Assembly: GCA_051252375.1 (NCBI GenBank)
Contig: JBPOFY010000003.1
Coordinates: 64,001-128,000 of the forward strand
Length of the DNA stretch: 64,000 nt
Source of the DNA: Opitutaceae bacterium
Lineage (GTDB): Bacteria; Verrucomicrobiota; Verrucomicrobiia; Opitutales; Coraliomargaritaceae
Direction of reading: 5' to 3'
A program made the position numbers and the translations under genes. Every line of letters starts with the position of its first letter. The stretch's first letter is position 1. The notes under the pieces were generated by a model, which saw nothing but the letters and a program-made list of their open reading frames with translations, made no database searches and was not told the DNA's origin. Shown here one piece after another: positions 52,900 through 62,497 of this stretch.

Positions 52900-53952
52900 T
52901 TATTCTGCGGTATCAATCAATGCATTAGCTTGATTGATGTCACTACGAATTGAGTCAATCATATCATGTTTAACCAGTTCCGAAGCGATGCGCATGGCGT
53001 TGGCAATGGCAACGTAGTTTGAGGACCCGTGTGACTTTAAAATATTGCCTTGTAGACCAAGCAAAGGCGCACCCGAATGTTGGTCTGGGCTTAAGCGAAC
53101 TTTCATGTCCTTGAAGGCTGAAGCTGACAACGCGGCTCCGATTTTGCGTTTAGTGTTTCGCAAGAGCTCTTCCTTGATCGTGCTGCCGATGAAGCCGAAC
53201 AGGGCTTCGCTGGACTTGAGCACGATATTGCCGACGAAACCATCGCAAACGACCACGTCGATATTACCGTCGAACAGTTGAAAGCCTTCGATCGGACCGA
53301 CGTAATTGATCACGCCGTTGATTTTTTGAAGGTAGCCGTGGGTTTCATTGATGAGGCTGTTACCTTTGCCTGCTTCAGTGCCAATCGTGAGCAAGCCTAC
53401 TCGGGGTTGGCTGATGCCCAAGGCAGCTTTTGCGTAATTGGAGCCAAGTGTTGCATTGTGGACGAGATTTAGAGCCGTGGATTCTGGATTGGCACCAACA
53501 TCGATCAGCACGAAAGGCTTTTTCCGACTAGGCACGATGGTGGCTAGGGCGGGGCGATCGACACCGGGAAGTGGACGCATACGCAGCGTGCCACCAGCCA
53601 TTAATGCGCCAGTGTTGCCGCAGCTAACGAGTGCTTGCGCTTTGCCATCCTTCAGCAAGCCAATCGCTTGCACCATCGAAGAGTCCTTTTTGCGCTTGAG
53701 CGCTTGGATGGGCTTTTCGTCCATCCCGATCACCTCGGTGGCATTGTGTATATGAATGCGATCCGGATCGATCGTGAGCTTACGGACTTTGAGTAGGCGA
53801 CTGAGCAGCTTTTCTTTGCCGACTAGAATGAAGTCGCTCTCGAGCTTCAGCTCTTCGACGGCATAAAAAAGCCCACGGATAAACTCCGTGGGACCTTTGT
53901 CTCCTCCCATGGTGTCGACTGCGATGGTGCAGTTGACAGCGCTTGCGCCCAT
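52900..53952 (-). CDS. plsX: Phosphate acyltransferase
   Basis: IAVDTMGGD, SCGNTGA, DRPAL, DVGAN, CDGFVGN, KSHGSS. Confidence 0.96.
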   Translation of the reverse strand: MGASAVNCTIAVDTMGGDKGPTEFIRGLFYAVEELKLESDFILVGKEKLLSRLLKVRKLTIDPDRIHIHNATEVIGMDEKPIQALKRKKDSSMVQAIGLLKDGKAQALVSCGNTGALMAGGTLRMRPLPGVDRPALATIVPSRKKPFVLIDVGANPESTALNLVHNATLGSNYAKAALGISQPRVGLLTIGTEAGKGNSLINETHGYLQKINGVINYVGPIEGFQLFDGNIDVVVCDGFVGNIVLKSSEALFGFIGSTIKEELLRNTKRKIGAALSASAFKDMKVRLSPDQHSGAPLLGLQGNILKSHGSSNYVAIANAMRIASELVKHDMIDSIRSDINQANALIDTAE

Positions 53953-53993
53953 AGAAAGCTAAAAAATAAGAGGGTGGCAGTAGGACGCGAGTT

Positions 53994-54173
53994 CTAGACT
54001 TCTACGTCAAGCACTTGGCGACCGCGATACATGCCATTGGCAGGATTGACGCGGTGTGCACGGAAGCGTGTGCCGTCCTGTGGATCCTTAGCGAGCTGAG
54101 GAAGTGCGAATGTGACTGCACCACGGCGCTTGCGGCTGCGTTGCTTAGATTGTTTGCGTTTTGGCTGTCCCAT
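53994..54173 (-). CDS. rpmF: 50S ribosomal protein L32 (59 aa, absent from the ORF track)
   Basis: Manual translation MGQPKRKQSKQRSRKRRGAVTFALPQLAKDPQDGTRFRAHRVNPANGMYRGRQVLDVEV; canonical rpmF-plsX-fabH synteny. Confidence 0.93.
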   Translation of the reverse strand: MGQPKRKQSKQRSRKRRGAVTFALPQLAKDPQDGTRFRAHRVNPANGMYRGRQVLDVEV

Positions 54174-54287
54174 AAAATTGTTTGGTTGGTTTTGGAAAAA
54201 TTAAGATGCGATATCTTGCAAAGTGCGCGGATTAAAGGGGGTTAAAGCTGTCCGTCAAGCAATGAATCAGCATTAATGTGCATTCTT

Positions 54288-54944
54288 TTAACACATTTTG
54301 AGCACGTCCTCGACCAGTTGGTTGATTCCGCTTTCAGCTTCGAGTATATTTTGGGCGAGCATGTAGGCTGGGGTGCTGACGATTTTTAGGTCTTGATCGA
54401 CGATTGTTGCGCCTACCAAGCAGTTCACGTGCTTTGCTCCCTTGGCTTCAATTGCGGCTGCGGTGTCAGGATCGTTCCCGATCGTGACTTTGACTCCTTT
54501 ATTACCGAGTGCGCGTGCCGCCAGAACCGGTGCAATGCACATAAACCCTTGGGGGCGTTTGGCTTCGCAGACATGTTGTATGAGATTCACCGTGGTGGGG
54601 TCGGCATCGTAGGTAGCGCCGTCAAATGCGAAGGTGGATAAGTTTTTAGCGGCACCATAGCCACCAACATAGATAAAGGCATCGAAGTTCGAAACTGTAA
54701 TTTGATCGAGCGGCTGGATCTCGCCGCGGGCAATACGAGCGGCTTCCTGAAGCACATTACGGTCTTCGTCTTCCATGATTGTGCCGGTGCTGTGGTCGAT
54801 CACATGTTTTTGTGTGATGTCGGGCGCCACACATGTAATCTCGGCACCCGCGCGTGAGAGTGCGAGCAAGGTCAACACTGCTTCGTGTATTTCGGAGCCA
54901 TCATAGACTCCGCAACCTGAAAGAATGACGGCTACTTTTTTCAT
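54288..54944 (-). CDS. elbB: ElbB/ES1 family (DJ-1/PfpI) glyoxalase
   Basis: LSGCGVYDGSEIHEAV, EAARIARG, GGYGAAKNL, MCIAP, STPAYM. Confidence 0.93.
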   Translation of the reverse strand: MKKVAVILSGCGVYDGSEIHEAVLTLLALSRAGAEITCVAPDITQKHVIDHSTGTIMEDEDRNVLQEAARIARGEIQPLDQITVSNFDAFIYVGGYGAAKNLSTFAFDGATYDADPTTVNLIQHVCEAKRPQGFMCIAPVLAARALGNKGVKVTIGNDPDTAAAIEAKGAKHVNCLVGATIVDQDLKIVSTPAYMLAQNILEAESGINQLVEDVLKMC

Positions 54945-55034
54945 ACCTTTGATAGAGGATGTTTTTGGAAAAGATGCAATATCCATGCATCGAAACGCCT
55001 AAAATGTGTTCTAAGTCGAGGATTTGGTGGTAAA

Positions 55035-56066
55035 TTAGGCAATCAGGTAAAAGACCGCGATCGCGAGGGCGATGCGATACCATGCGAATAGTGCCAAACC
55101 ATGGCGGCTGAGGTAACCGACGAGCCATTTGACGGCAAGAGTGGCCGAGACGAAAGCAACGAGGCAGCCTACGAGAACTGGGCCAATCTGCAACGCGGCC
55201 AGCATATTGCCACCGTCGCTGACCAATTTGTAACCGGATGCGGCGCTCAAGGTGATTAATCCGAGTAAAAAGCTAAATTCCGCGGCTTTGGCGGGAGAAA
55301 GGCCGGCGATATAACCGCCGACGATGGTGGCCATCGAGCGGCTGGTGCCAGGCCACATCGCAAAACATTGAATGAAACCGATCATGACTGCCTTGCGTAT
55401 TGTCAAAGTGTCGAGCCCGAGATCATTATCGATGCTGCTGATATTCAAGTTTTTGCGCTTTCGCCAGCGTTCAACGACCAACATGACGATGGCACCCACG
55501 ACCAAAGCGCCTGCGACTGCATGGACATTGTCGCCTAGCTTACTTTCAATCCAGTCATCGAGTAGGAGCCCTATAACTGCTGCGGGTAGAAATGCGGCGA
55601 TTAGATTGATTGCCAGCTTGAAGCCCTTGGGGTCGCGCCCGAGACACCCCATGATCAAGGCGAGTATCGTCTGCCAATATAAATAGACCACCGCCACAAT
55701 TGCGCCGGCTTGTATGACGATTGTGTAGGCGTAAGCAGCTTCGCCAATTGTATATGGGCGAAGTAGGCCGTCGTCATCAGTCACCATGATCGGTTGACCC
55801 TCACTGTCCAACATCGCCTGATCGCCATTTAAGCCGAGAAAGGCATTGGCTAAAATTAAATGACCTGTCGAAGAAACGGGTAGGTATTCGGTAATGCCTT
55901 CGACCAAGCCGAGTATGACGGCATCCGTATAACTTAGGCTGGAGTCTTCTGGTGTTGTTTCGACGACTGTTGCCAGAGCAACGTCAGCATGGGCGATTTG
56001 GGGCGTGCCGATGCAGAGCAACCCGATGTAGCATAGTGAGTAAAAGTATAGACGAATACGTGACAT
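55035..56066 (-). CDS. uppP: Undecaprenyl-diphosphate phosphatase with N-terminal extension
   Basis: LGLVEGITEYLPVSSTGHL, IQAGAI, PGTSRS, AAEFSFLL. Confidence 0.93.
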   Translation of the reverse strand: MSRIRLYFYSLCYIGLLCIGTPQIAHADVALATVVETTPEDSSLSYTDAVILGLVEGITEYLPVSSTGHLILANAFLGLNGDQAMLDSEGQPIMVTDDDGLLRPYTIGEAAYAYTIVIQAGAIVAVVYLYWQTILALIMGCLGRDPKGFKLAINLIAAFLPAAVIGLLLDDWIESKLGDNVHAVAGALVVGAIVMLVVERWRKRKNLNISSIDNDLGLDTLTIRKAVMIGFIQCFAMWPGTSRSMATIVGGYIAGLSPAKAAEFSFLLGLITLSAASGYKLVSDGGNMLAALQIGPVLVGCLVAFVSATLAVKWLVGYLSRHGLALFAWYRIALAIAVFYLIA

Positions 56067-56210
56067 ATCGCTCGCACCTTAGTTAAGAGGATTCCAATTG
56101 AAAGGCGTAAAATACGTCCAGCATTATTAACGCTGAGCGATGGATCTCACCTTTTTTCTTGTGGTTGGGGAGTGAAAGCTTTGGTTGTCATGGTTTTACA
56201 TTTAGGAATT

Positions 56211-57266
56211 ATGATGCATTCGCTTGATTCACTCACTCTCCGTCTCGGCCAAGGGCAAGATTTGTCCGCTGCAGATGTCACACTCGCCGCTCAAGCGCTA
56301 GTGGAGGCTTCGGTGGATCCGGAGCTGAAAAAGCAGTTTTTGCTAGCCTTGGCGCAGAAGGGTGAAAGTTCGGCTGAAGTCGCTGGCTTCGCTGCTGCAT
56401 TTAGAAATTATGCGATCAATCCGGGTGTTGAGGCATGGGCAGATCGGGCCATTGATGTTTGCGGCACTGGAGGAGATGGTTCTGGCACCTTTAATATTTC
56501 GACAGCGGTTTCCTTCCTCGTCGCTGCTGCCGGTGTGCCGGTATTTAAACACGGCAACCGCTCGATCACTTCCAAATGCGGTAGTGCTGATTTGATGGAA
56601 GCTTTGGGCATACGTCTTGATGCGCCGCACGAGATGTTGCGCGAGTCATTAGAGCAGTTGAACTTTTGCTTCTTTTTTGCGCCTGCTTTTCATCCTGCGT
56701 TCAAAGAAATCATGCCGGTGCGTAAGGCGTTGGCCGCAGAGGGCAAACGCACGATTTTCAACTTGCTGGGACCATTGATTAATCCAGGTCGTCCAGCCTA
56801 CCAGTTGCTGGGGGTCTTTTCAAAAGATTGGGTGCAACCGCTGGCTGACGCATTGGGGGCACTTGAATTGAAGGCTGGCATGGTGGCTCACGGCACACCA
56901 CGCGAAGGCGCAGCGCTGGATGAGTTAAGTTGTGCCGGCACAAACTATGTTGCCGGTTTTGGTGCGCTTGCGAATGTCGAGAATGCCGTCATTGCGAGTA
57001 CCGCTAATTTACCCAGTTGCGATTTTGGTGAATTGGCCGGCGGTGATGTCGCCGCCAATTTACAAACCATGGAGGCACTGCTTTCCGGAGTGTCCGACGC
57101 TGTTCCTACAGGCTTGAGAAATAGCGTGTTGCTTAATGCAGGGGCCGCGCTTTGGATCGCAGGGCAGACCAACGATTTAGCTTCAGGAGTGAAGCAGGCA
57201 GAGCAGATATTGAGTAGTGGTCAGGTAGCGCGCTGGTTGGATCAGGTGCGCGCCTTCTATGCTTAA
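56211..57266 (+). CDS. trpD: Anthranilate phosphoribosyltransferase
   Basis: DVCGTGGDG, FNIST, KHGNRSITSKCGSAD, RTIFNLLGPLINP, LDE. Confidence 0.96.
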   Translation: MMHSLDSLTLRLGQGQDLSAADVTLAAQALVEASVDPELKKQFLLALAQKGESSAEVAGFAAAFRNYAINPGVEAWADRAIDVCGTGGDGSGTFNISTAVSFLVAAAGVPVFKHGNRSITSKCGSADLMEALGIRLDAPHEMLRESLEQLNFCFFFAPAFHPAFKEIMPVRKALAAEGKRTIFNLLGPLINPGRPAYQLLGVFSKDWVQPLADALGALELKAGMVAHGTPREGAALDELSCAGTNYVAGFGALANVENAVIASTANLPSCDFGELAGGDVAANLQTMEALLSGVSDAVPTGLRNSVLLNAGAALWIAGQTNDLASGVKQAEQILSSGQVARWLDQVRAFYA

Positions 57267-57288
57267 TTGAAATTGATCACTGATTATT

Positions 57289-58641
57289 ATGGGCAAATAT
57301 TTTGGAACAGACGGTATACGTGGTAAATTTGGTGGAGAATTCATTAATCCGGATTTTGCTTATCGAGTGGGTTCAGCCTTGGGCCGTTTTCTAGCTCAGA
57401 GAAATTCTAGTGCGGGTTATAATGTGATCATCGGACGGGACACTCGAATTAGTGGACCTGAGATTTGTGATGCTTTAACACGTGGTTTGAATGCACATGG
57501 TGTCTTTGTTCATGATACGGGTATTGTGCCCACACCTGCTGTTGCGCAAGCGGTGATTGAGCATCACGCAGACTTAGGTATTACGATTACAGCTTCGCAT
57601 AACCCAGCTTCCGATAACGGAATTAAGCTTTTCAATCCGAAAGGGCATAAGTATGACGATGCGGTGGAGGCTCAGATTGAGGCGTTGATCGAAGCGGAGC
57701 CAAATCCTCCGAAGGAATTGCCGCTGCCGAAATCGTATCCATTGGATGGTGCTTCGTTTTATATCAATTATCTACGTTCGCTGATGGATCAGAACTGTAT
57801 GCGTAGTTGGAGCATCGTATTGGACACGGCGAATGGAGCCACCTGCGAGACTTCGCCATCGGTCTTTAAGCGATGGGGCGCGACTCTACATCTGATCGGA
57901 GACAATCCAGATGGTGAGAATATTAATTCCGGTGTAGGTAGTGAGTATCCTGTGGCATTGGGCGAATCAGTCCGTTCGCATGGTGCCAATATTGGCATTG
58001 CCCATGATGGCGACGGTGATCGTCTAGTTGTTTGCGACGAGAAGGGGGATGTCGTTGATGGAGATGTTTTACTCGGAATTTTTGGCTTACATGCGCTGCG
58101 TTCCGGTGCGCTGAAGCAGAATACTTTAGTGGCGACAATCCAGAGCAATTTGGGTTTGGATGACGCCATTCGCCAAGCAGGCGGTCAGGTTGAGCGTGTA
58201 GATATTGGTGACCGAAATGTTGCCAGTAAAATGCGTGAGATCGGTTCGAATATCGGCGGCGAAAATTCGGGGCATATTATATTTTCTGATTTTGCCAGCA
58301 CGGGAGATGGACTATTGGCTGCCGTCAAGTTGATCGACTTGATGTGTAAAACTCACAAAACGCTCTCAGAGTTGACTGAAGAGGTTACCTTATTCCCTCA
58401 AAAGACCCTTAACTTGAAGGTAGAAGAGAAGTTACCGCTGAAAGCGCTTCCTCAGTTGGTTGCGGCGATTGAGCAGGTGGAGTCTGCATTCGGTGAAGAG
58501 GGGCGAGTGCTTGTCCGTTATTCCGGGACAGAGCCCAAATTACGCCTATTGGTGGAAGGAAAGATCGAAAAAGATGTTGTGAAGGCACTTGCCCAGATTG
58601 AAAAAGCGGTTCGTCAGGATCTGACCGTAATTGATGATTGA
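57289..58641 (+). CDS. glmM: Phosphoglucosamine mutase
   Basis: YFGTDGIRG, GRDTRISG, TASHNP, HDGDGDR, GGENSGH, RYSGTEP. Confidence 0.95.
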   Translation: MGKYFGTDGIRGKFGGEFINPDFAYRVGSALGRFLAQRNSSAGYNVIIGRDTRISGPEICDALTRGLNAHGVFVHDTGIVPTPAVAQAVIEHHADLGITITASHNPASDNGIKLFNPKGHKYDDAVEAQIEALIEAEPNPPKELPLPKSYPLDGASFYINYLRSLMDQNCMRSWSIVLDTANGATCETSPSVFKRWGATLHLIGDNPDGENINSGVGSEYPVALGESVRSHGANIGIAHDGDGDRLVVCDEKGDVVDGDVLLGIFGLHALRSGALKQNTLVATIQSNLGLDDAIRQAGGQVERVDIGDRNVASKMREIGSNIGGENSGHIIFSDFASTGDGLLAAVKLIDLMCKTHKTLSELTEEVTLFPQKTLNLKVEEKLPLKALPQLVAAIEQVESAFGEEGRVLVRYSGTEPKLRLLVEGKIEKDVVKALAQIEKAVRQDLTVIDD

Positions 58642-58695
58642 CCGATCAGCCTTCATTCAGCACCAATAGAGTCTTATCCCCTTTTATTTTTTATT

Positions 58696-60102
58696 ATGGA
58701 AGAAGTTGCCTTACAAGACCTCGATACTCGGCTCCAAAAGCAGATTGAAAATGCTCGCAAAGCCATCGACAAAAACCCGACATACGCGATTGATATTCTG
58801 ATCAATATCGTGGGTCGTAACCCTAATTGCCTAGATGCGCGCAAGTTTTTGCGTCAAGCGCAGCAGCGATCGAAACAAGGTAAGTCGAAGGGCTTAGGTA
58901 AATTTATCACCAAGATGACGAGCATCCCATTCTCTATGGGAGGCGACTCGAAGGTGAAAAAAGATCCCGCGAAAGCGATGGAGTCTGCCGAGCAAATGTT
59001 GGGCGCCGACCCATACAATCCTGTAGCCCACCGACTCCTTGGAGCTGCTGCAGAAGCAATGGAATTGAGTGAAACTGCTGCTTTTGCCTATGAGGAATTG
59101 CGCAAGATCGAACCGGACAATTCAGAAAATGTGAAGGCACTGATGCGTGCCTACATTACTTTAGGTAAAAGTGATGAAGCCATCCGTATTGGTGATGCCG
59201 CTTATAAAAAGAACCCAGCTGACGACGAGATCCAAGGTCTCATCAAAAAAGCATCCGTTGAACAATCGATCAACAAGGGTAAGTGGGAAGATGATAAAGG
59301 CTTCCGCGATAAACTTAAGGACGAAGAAGAAGCAAACAAGCTTGAGCAAGCTGGCCGTGCGAAGACTGGCGATGCTGGTTTACGTTCAATGATTAGTGAA
59401 GTGCTTGAAGCGGTTGCTGATCAGCCAGACAACATGAACCATTATCGTGACCTTGCGAGTTACTACCGCAAGTTGAAGGAATTCGATAATGCACTCCTGT
59501 GGGTTGGTAAAGCTCGTCAATTGGATGCGGGTCGTGCTGACGTGAATTTGGAGCGTCTCACTGTATCACTCACACGTGAGAAAATGTCCACAGCCATCGA
59601 AGTCGTGCAGGCCACACTTGAGGCTGATCCCGAAAACGCTGCAGCTAAAGCAGAACTTGAAAAGCTTCAAACTGAGGAGCACGCTTTCCGTCGCGAGCAA
59701 TCCGAGAGCTTGGTTCAACGTTATCCGAATGAGTTTGGCTATCGTTTTGAACTCGGTGAACTATACTTCGAGGATGGTGAAATCGATAAGGCGATTAAGG
59801 AGCTTCAGTTGGCTCTGCGTAGCCCCAAGGTTCGCGTAAGTGCTTTGATTCTTCTTGGTAAAGCCTATCAACAGAAAAACTTCTTCGACCTCGCTGCGGA
59901 GCAACTCACTATTGCGAAGTCTGAAATTCCAGGCATGACCGACCAGAAGAAGGACGTCCTTTACTCACTCGGCACCTCATACGAGCAGCAGGGTGATATG
60001 GATAAAGCCATGGCTGAATTCAAGGCCCTCTATGGAGCGGATATCAGCTATCGTGACGTCGCGCAAAAAATCGACGACTTCTACTCCAAGAAGAACGGTT
60101 AA
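58696..60102 (+). CDS. TPR-repeat protein
   Basis: Multiple TPR-like units; C-terminal ISYRDVAQKI. Confidence 0.8.
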   Translation: MEEVALQDLDTRLQKQIENARKAIDKNPTYAIDILINIVGRNPNCLDARKFLRQAQQRSKQGKSKGLGKFITKMTSIPFSMGGDSKVKKDPAKAMESAEQMLGADPYNPVAHRLLGAAAEAMELSETAAFAYEELRKIEPDNSENVKALMRAYITLGKSDEAIRIGDAAYKKNPADDEIQGLIKKASVEQSINKGKWEDDKGFRDKLKDEEEANKLEQAGRAKTGDAGLRSMISEVLEAVADQPDNMNHYRDLASYYRKLKEFDNALLWVGKARQLDAGRADVNLERLTVSLTREKMSTAIEVVQATLEADPENAAAKAELEKLQTEEHAFRREQSESLVQRYPNEFGYRFELGELYFEDGEIDKAIKELQLALRSPKVRVSALILLGKAYQQKNFFDLAAEQLTIAKSEIPGMTDQKKDVLYSLGTSYEQQGDMDKAMAEFKALYGADISYRDVAQKIDDFYSKKNG

Positions 60103-60125
60103 AGATATTCAGATTATTATTTCTC

Positions 60126-60160
60126 AAAAGCACAGGTCATACGACCTGTGCTTTTTTGTT
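60126..60160 (+). terminator. Rho-independent terminator after the trpD-glmM-TPR genes
   Basis: AAAAGCACAGGTC-ATAC-GACCTGTGCTTTTTT. Confidence 0.88.
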
Positions 60161-60226
60161 TTCACTAGCCTCGATTGTCAGATTAGGCGGGATTTTTCTA
60201 AAAGGTTTGAACTCGTCGAAAAAAGG

Positions 60227-60313
60227 GTAGCGCGGCACCGTCTCGGTGCGCATCGTCGTTGGGTCGGCGATTTATATCGAACACTTGCGCGGCGCGAGAC
60301 GCGCCTGCGCTAC
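60227..60313. repeat. GTAG-type REP inverted doublet
   Basis: GTAGCGCG-GCACCG-TCT-CGGTGC (+) and GTAGCGCA-GGCGCG-TCT-CGCGCC (-, 60287-60313). Confidence 0.72.
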
Positions 60314-60412
60314 CAGATCAAGGCTTTTTTGAATCGGTTCTAGCGCCATTTTACGCTCTGCTATCGAATTCCGCTTGCAACTAACCTGAACTCGCCTAAC
60401 TCATACAGCAGT

Positions 60413-61666
60413 ATGAAAATCGTTCTCGCTTACTCTGGAGGTTTAGACACTTCCGTCCTCGTTAGCTGGCTCAAGGAGCACTATAACGCTGAGATTATCA
60501 CCTATGCCGCCGATGTCGGACAGGAGGAAGAACTCGACGGTCTTGCTGAAAAAGCCAAAGCCACCGGTGCTTCCGCACACTATACACTTGATCTAGTCGA
60601 CGAGTTTGCTCGTGACTTCATCTACCCGATGATGCGCGCCAACGCGATCTATGAAGGGCAGTATTTCCTCGGCACTTCGATTGCACGTCCGCTCATCGGC
60701 AAAGCACACGTTGAAATCGCTGAAAAAGAAGGCGCAGATGCCGTCGCACACGGTGCAACAGGCAAGGGCAACGACCAAGTTCGTTTCGAGTTGGCCTACG
60801 CCGCGCTGGCACCACAGCTTCAGATCATTTCCCCTTGGCGGATGAAGGAGTTCCGCAAGGCGTTTCCTGGTCGCACGGAAATGATCAATTACTGCCGTGA
60901 GCATAACATCGACGTTGAAGCCAGTGCTTCGAAGCCATACTCGATGGACCGCAACTTGCTCCACATTTCTTACGAAGCAGGTATCTTAGAGGATCCTTGG
61001 TTCGATCCGACTACTGAGGACAACAAAGGCATGTATAAGCTCACAGCTGACCCTCAGGACGCACCTGATGAGGCACAATACATCGAGCTCGATTTCGAGC
61101 AGGGTGACTGTGTAGCCGTCGACGGTGTAGCGATGATACCTTCGCAAGTAATGAAGCACCTCAACAAGATCGCTGGCACGCACGGCATTGGCCGAGTCGA
61201 TATTATCGAGAATCGTTTCGTTGGAATGAAAAGCCGCGGCGTCTATGAGACACCGGGCGGCACCATCCTGATGCAAGGGCACCGCAACATGGAGTCGCTC
61301 ACAATGGACCGCGAGCTCATGCACTTGCGTGATAGCTTGATCCCACGCTACGCACAGCTCGTCTACAACGGCTTCTGGTATGCGCCAGAGCGTGAGGCGC
61401 TACAGGCATTTATCGACGATTCACAGAAGACTGTCACTGGCACCGTTCGCCTGAAGCTATACAAGGGCAACGTCACCACGGTTGGGCGTAAGTCTCCACT
61501 TTCGCTATACGATGAAGACATCGCTTCCATGGAAGGCGTCGACAGTGATTACAACCCTGATGATGCCAGCGGTTTCATCCGCCTCAACGCGCTTCGCCTC
61601 CGTCGCAGAGCGATTGCTCAAGGTGGTCCAGAAATCGCCTCAGAGAGCAAAGTGAAGCGTAGCTAA
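60413..61666 (+). CDS. argG: Argininosuccinate synthase
   Basis: [50 protein letters not shown]. Confidence 0.98.
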   Translation: MKIVLAYSGGLDTSVLVSWLKEHYNAEIITYAADVGQEEELDGLAEKAKATGASAHYTLDLVDEFARDFIYPMMRANAIYEGQYFLGTSIARPLIGKAHVEIAEKEGADAVAHGATGKGNDQVRFELAYAALAPQLQIISPWRMKEFRKAFPGRTEMINYCREHNIDVEASASKPYSMDRNLLHISYEAGILEDPWFDPTTEDNKGMYKLTADPQDAPDEAQYIELDFEQGDCVAVDGVAMIPSQVMKHLNKIAGTHGIGRVDIIENRFVGMKSRGVYETPGGTILMQGHRNMESLTMDRELMHLRDSLIPRYAQLVYNGFWYAPEREALQAFIDDSQKTVTGTVRLKLYKGNVTTVGRKSPLSLYDEDIASMEGVDSDYNPDDASGFIRLNALRLRRRAIAQGGPEIASESKVKRS

Positions 61667-61687
61667 CTGCTTGTTCAGTTTATTTTC

Positions 61688-61724
61688 AAAAGCCCTGTTG
61701 GTTAATTGCCTACAGGGCTTTTTT
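61688..61724 (+). terminator. Rho-independent terminator after argG
   Basis: AAAAGCCCTGT...ACAGGGCTTTTTT. Confidence 0.8.
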
Positions 61725-61768
61725 GATTAAGAAAGTGAATCGGTATTTAGAAGGAGCAGGCATACACC

Positions 61769-61804
61769 AAAAAAAACGGCGAGGAGATAGACTCCACGCC
61801 GTTT
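61769..61804 (-). terminator. Rho-independent terminator after efp
   Basis: Minus strand AAACGGCGTGGAG-TCTAT-CTCCTCGCCGTTTTTTTT. Confidence 0.75.
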
Positions 61805-61829
61805 AGAAATGTTGATTTGTATGCGCGCG

Positions 61830-62387
61830 TTATGCGCGGCCCATGTAGGAGCGGTCGGCGGTGCCGACTTTGAGCACATCGCCTTCCTTGATAAAGAGGG
61901 GCACCTGAATGGTGAGACCGGTCTCTAGAGTGGCTGGCTTTTGCACATTGCTGGCGGTGTCGCCTTTCACGCCTTCGGCGGATTCGGTGACTTTCATTTC
62001 GATGGAACCAGGGAGGTCGATTGATATCGGTTTATCATCCACGTGGAGGATGCTGTAAACCTGCGTCTCAACGAGGAAGTCCTTGGCATCTTCAACGAGT
62101 GTTTCGTCGAGGATGATGTCTTCAAAGGTTTCTGGCTCCATGAAGTGATACTCGTTGCCATCGACGTAGCTGAACTCGAGCTTCACCATGTCGGTGTGCA
62201 TGATCTCAACGGAGTCCGTTGTGCGGATCTTGGTGTTGGTGCTGGCACCGGAACTGAGGTTGCGCATGGTGACTTGCATGAAGCCAGCTTGGCGACCTTG
62301 TGTGCGGTGCTGCACGTCGAGCACGAGGTGCGGTGAACCTTGATAGTTGAGGACCTTGCCTTTGCGGACTTCTGTGGGTGATGCCAT
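61830..62387 (-). CDS. efp: Elongation factor P
   Basis: FSYVDG, FMEPETFE, GVKGDTAS, KPATLETG, VPLFIKEGD; loop HRTQGRQAG. Confidence 0.93.
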   Translation of the reverse strand: MASPTEVRKGKVLNYQGSPHLVLDVQHRTQGRQAGFMQVTMRNLSSGASTNTKIRTTDSVEIMHTDMVKLEFSYVDGNEYHFMEPETFEDIILDETLVEDAKDFLVETQVYSILHVDDKPISIDLPGSIEMKVTESAEGVKGDTASNVQKPATLETGLTIQVPLFIKEGDVLKVGTADRSYMGRA

Positions 62388-62497
62388 TTTTATGTGTATG
62401 TTTTAGAGGTTAATAGCTGTCCGATTTGTCAGTGCGTCGAAGGACTGTCAAGCTTGGCTGTTTTGGGAAGGCTTTTGTCTGTCGTGAAGTTGACTAC

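Noticed and set aside
57289..58641. glmM as part of a cdaA-cdaR-glmM module linked to the diadenylate cyclase
   Set aside because: glmM is flanked by trpD and a TPR gene, and the cyclase 41 kb away is DacZ-type without the CdaA TM helices.
59993..60343. 116-aa ORF spanning the TPR-argG gap
   Set aside because: It overlaps the TPR gene end, a terminator and a REP doublet, and has no protein-like features.
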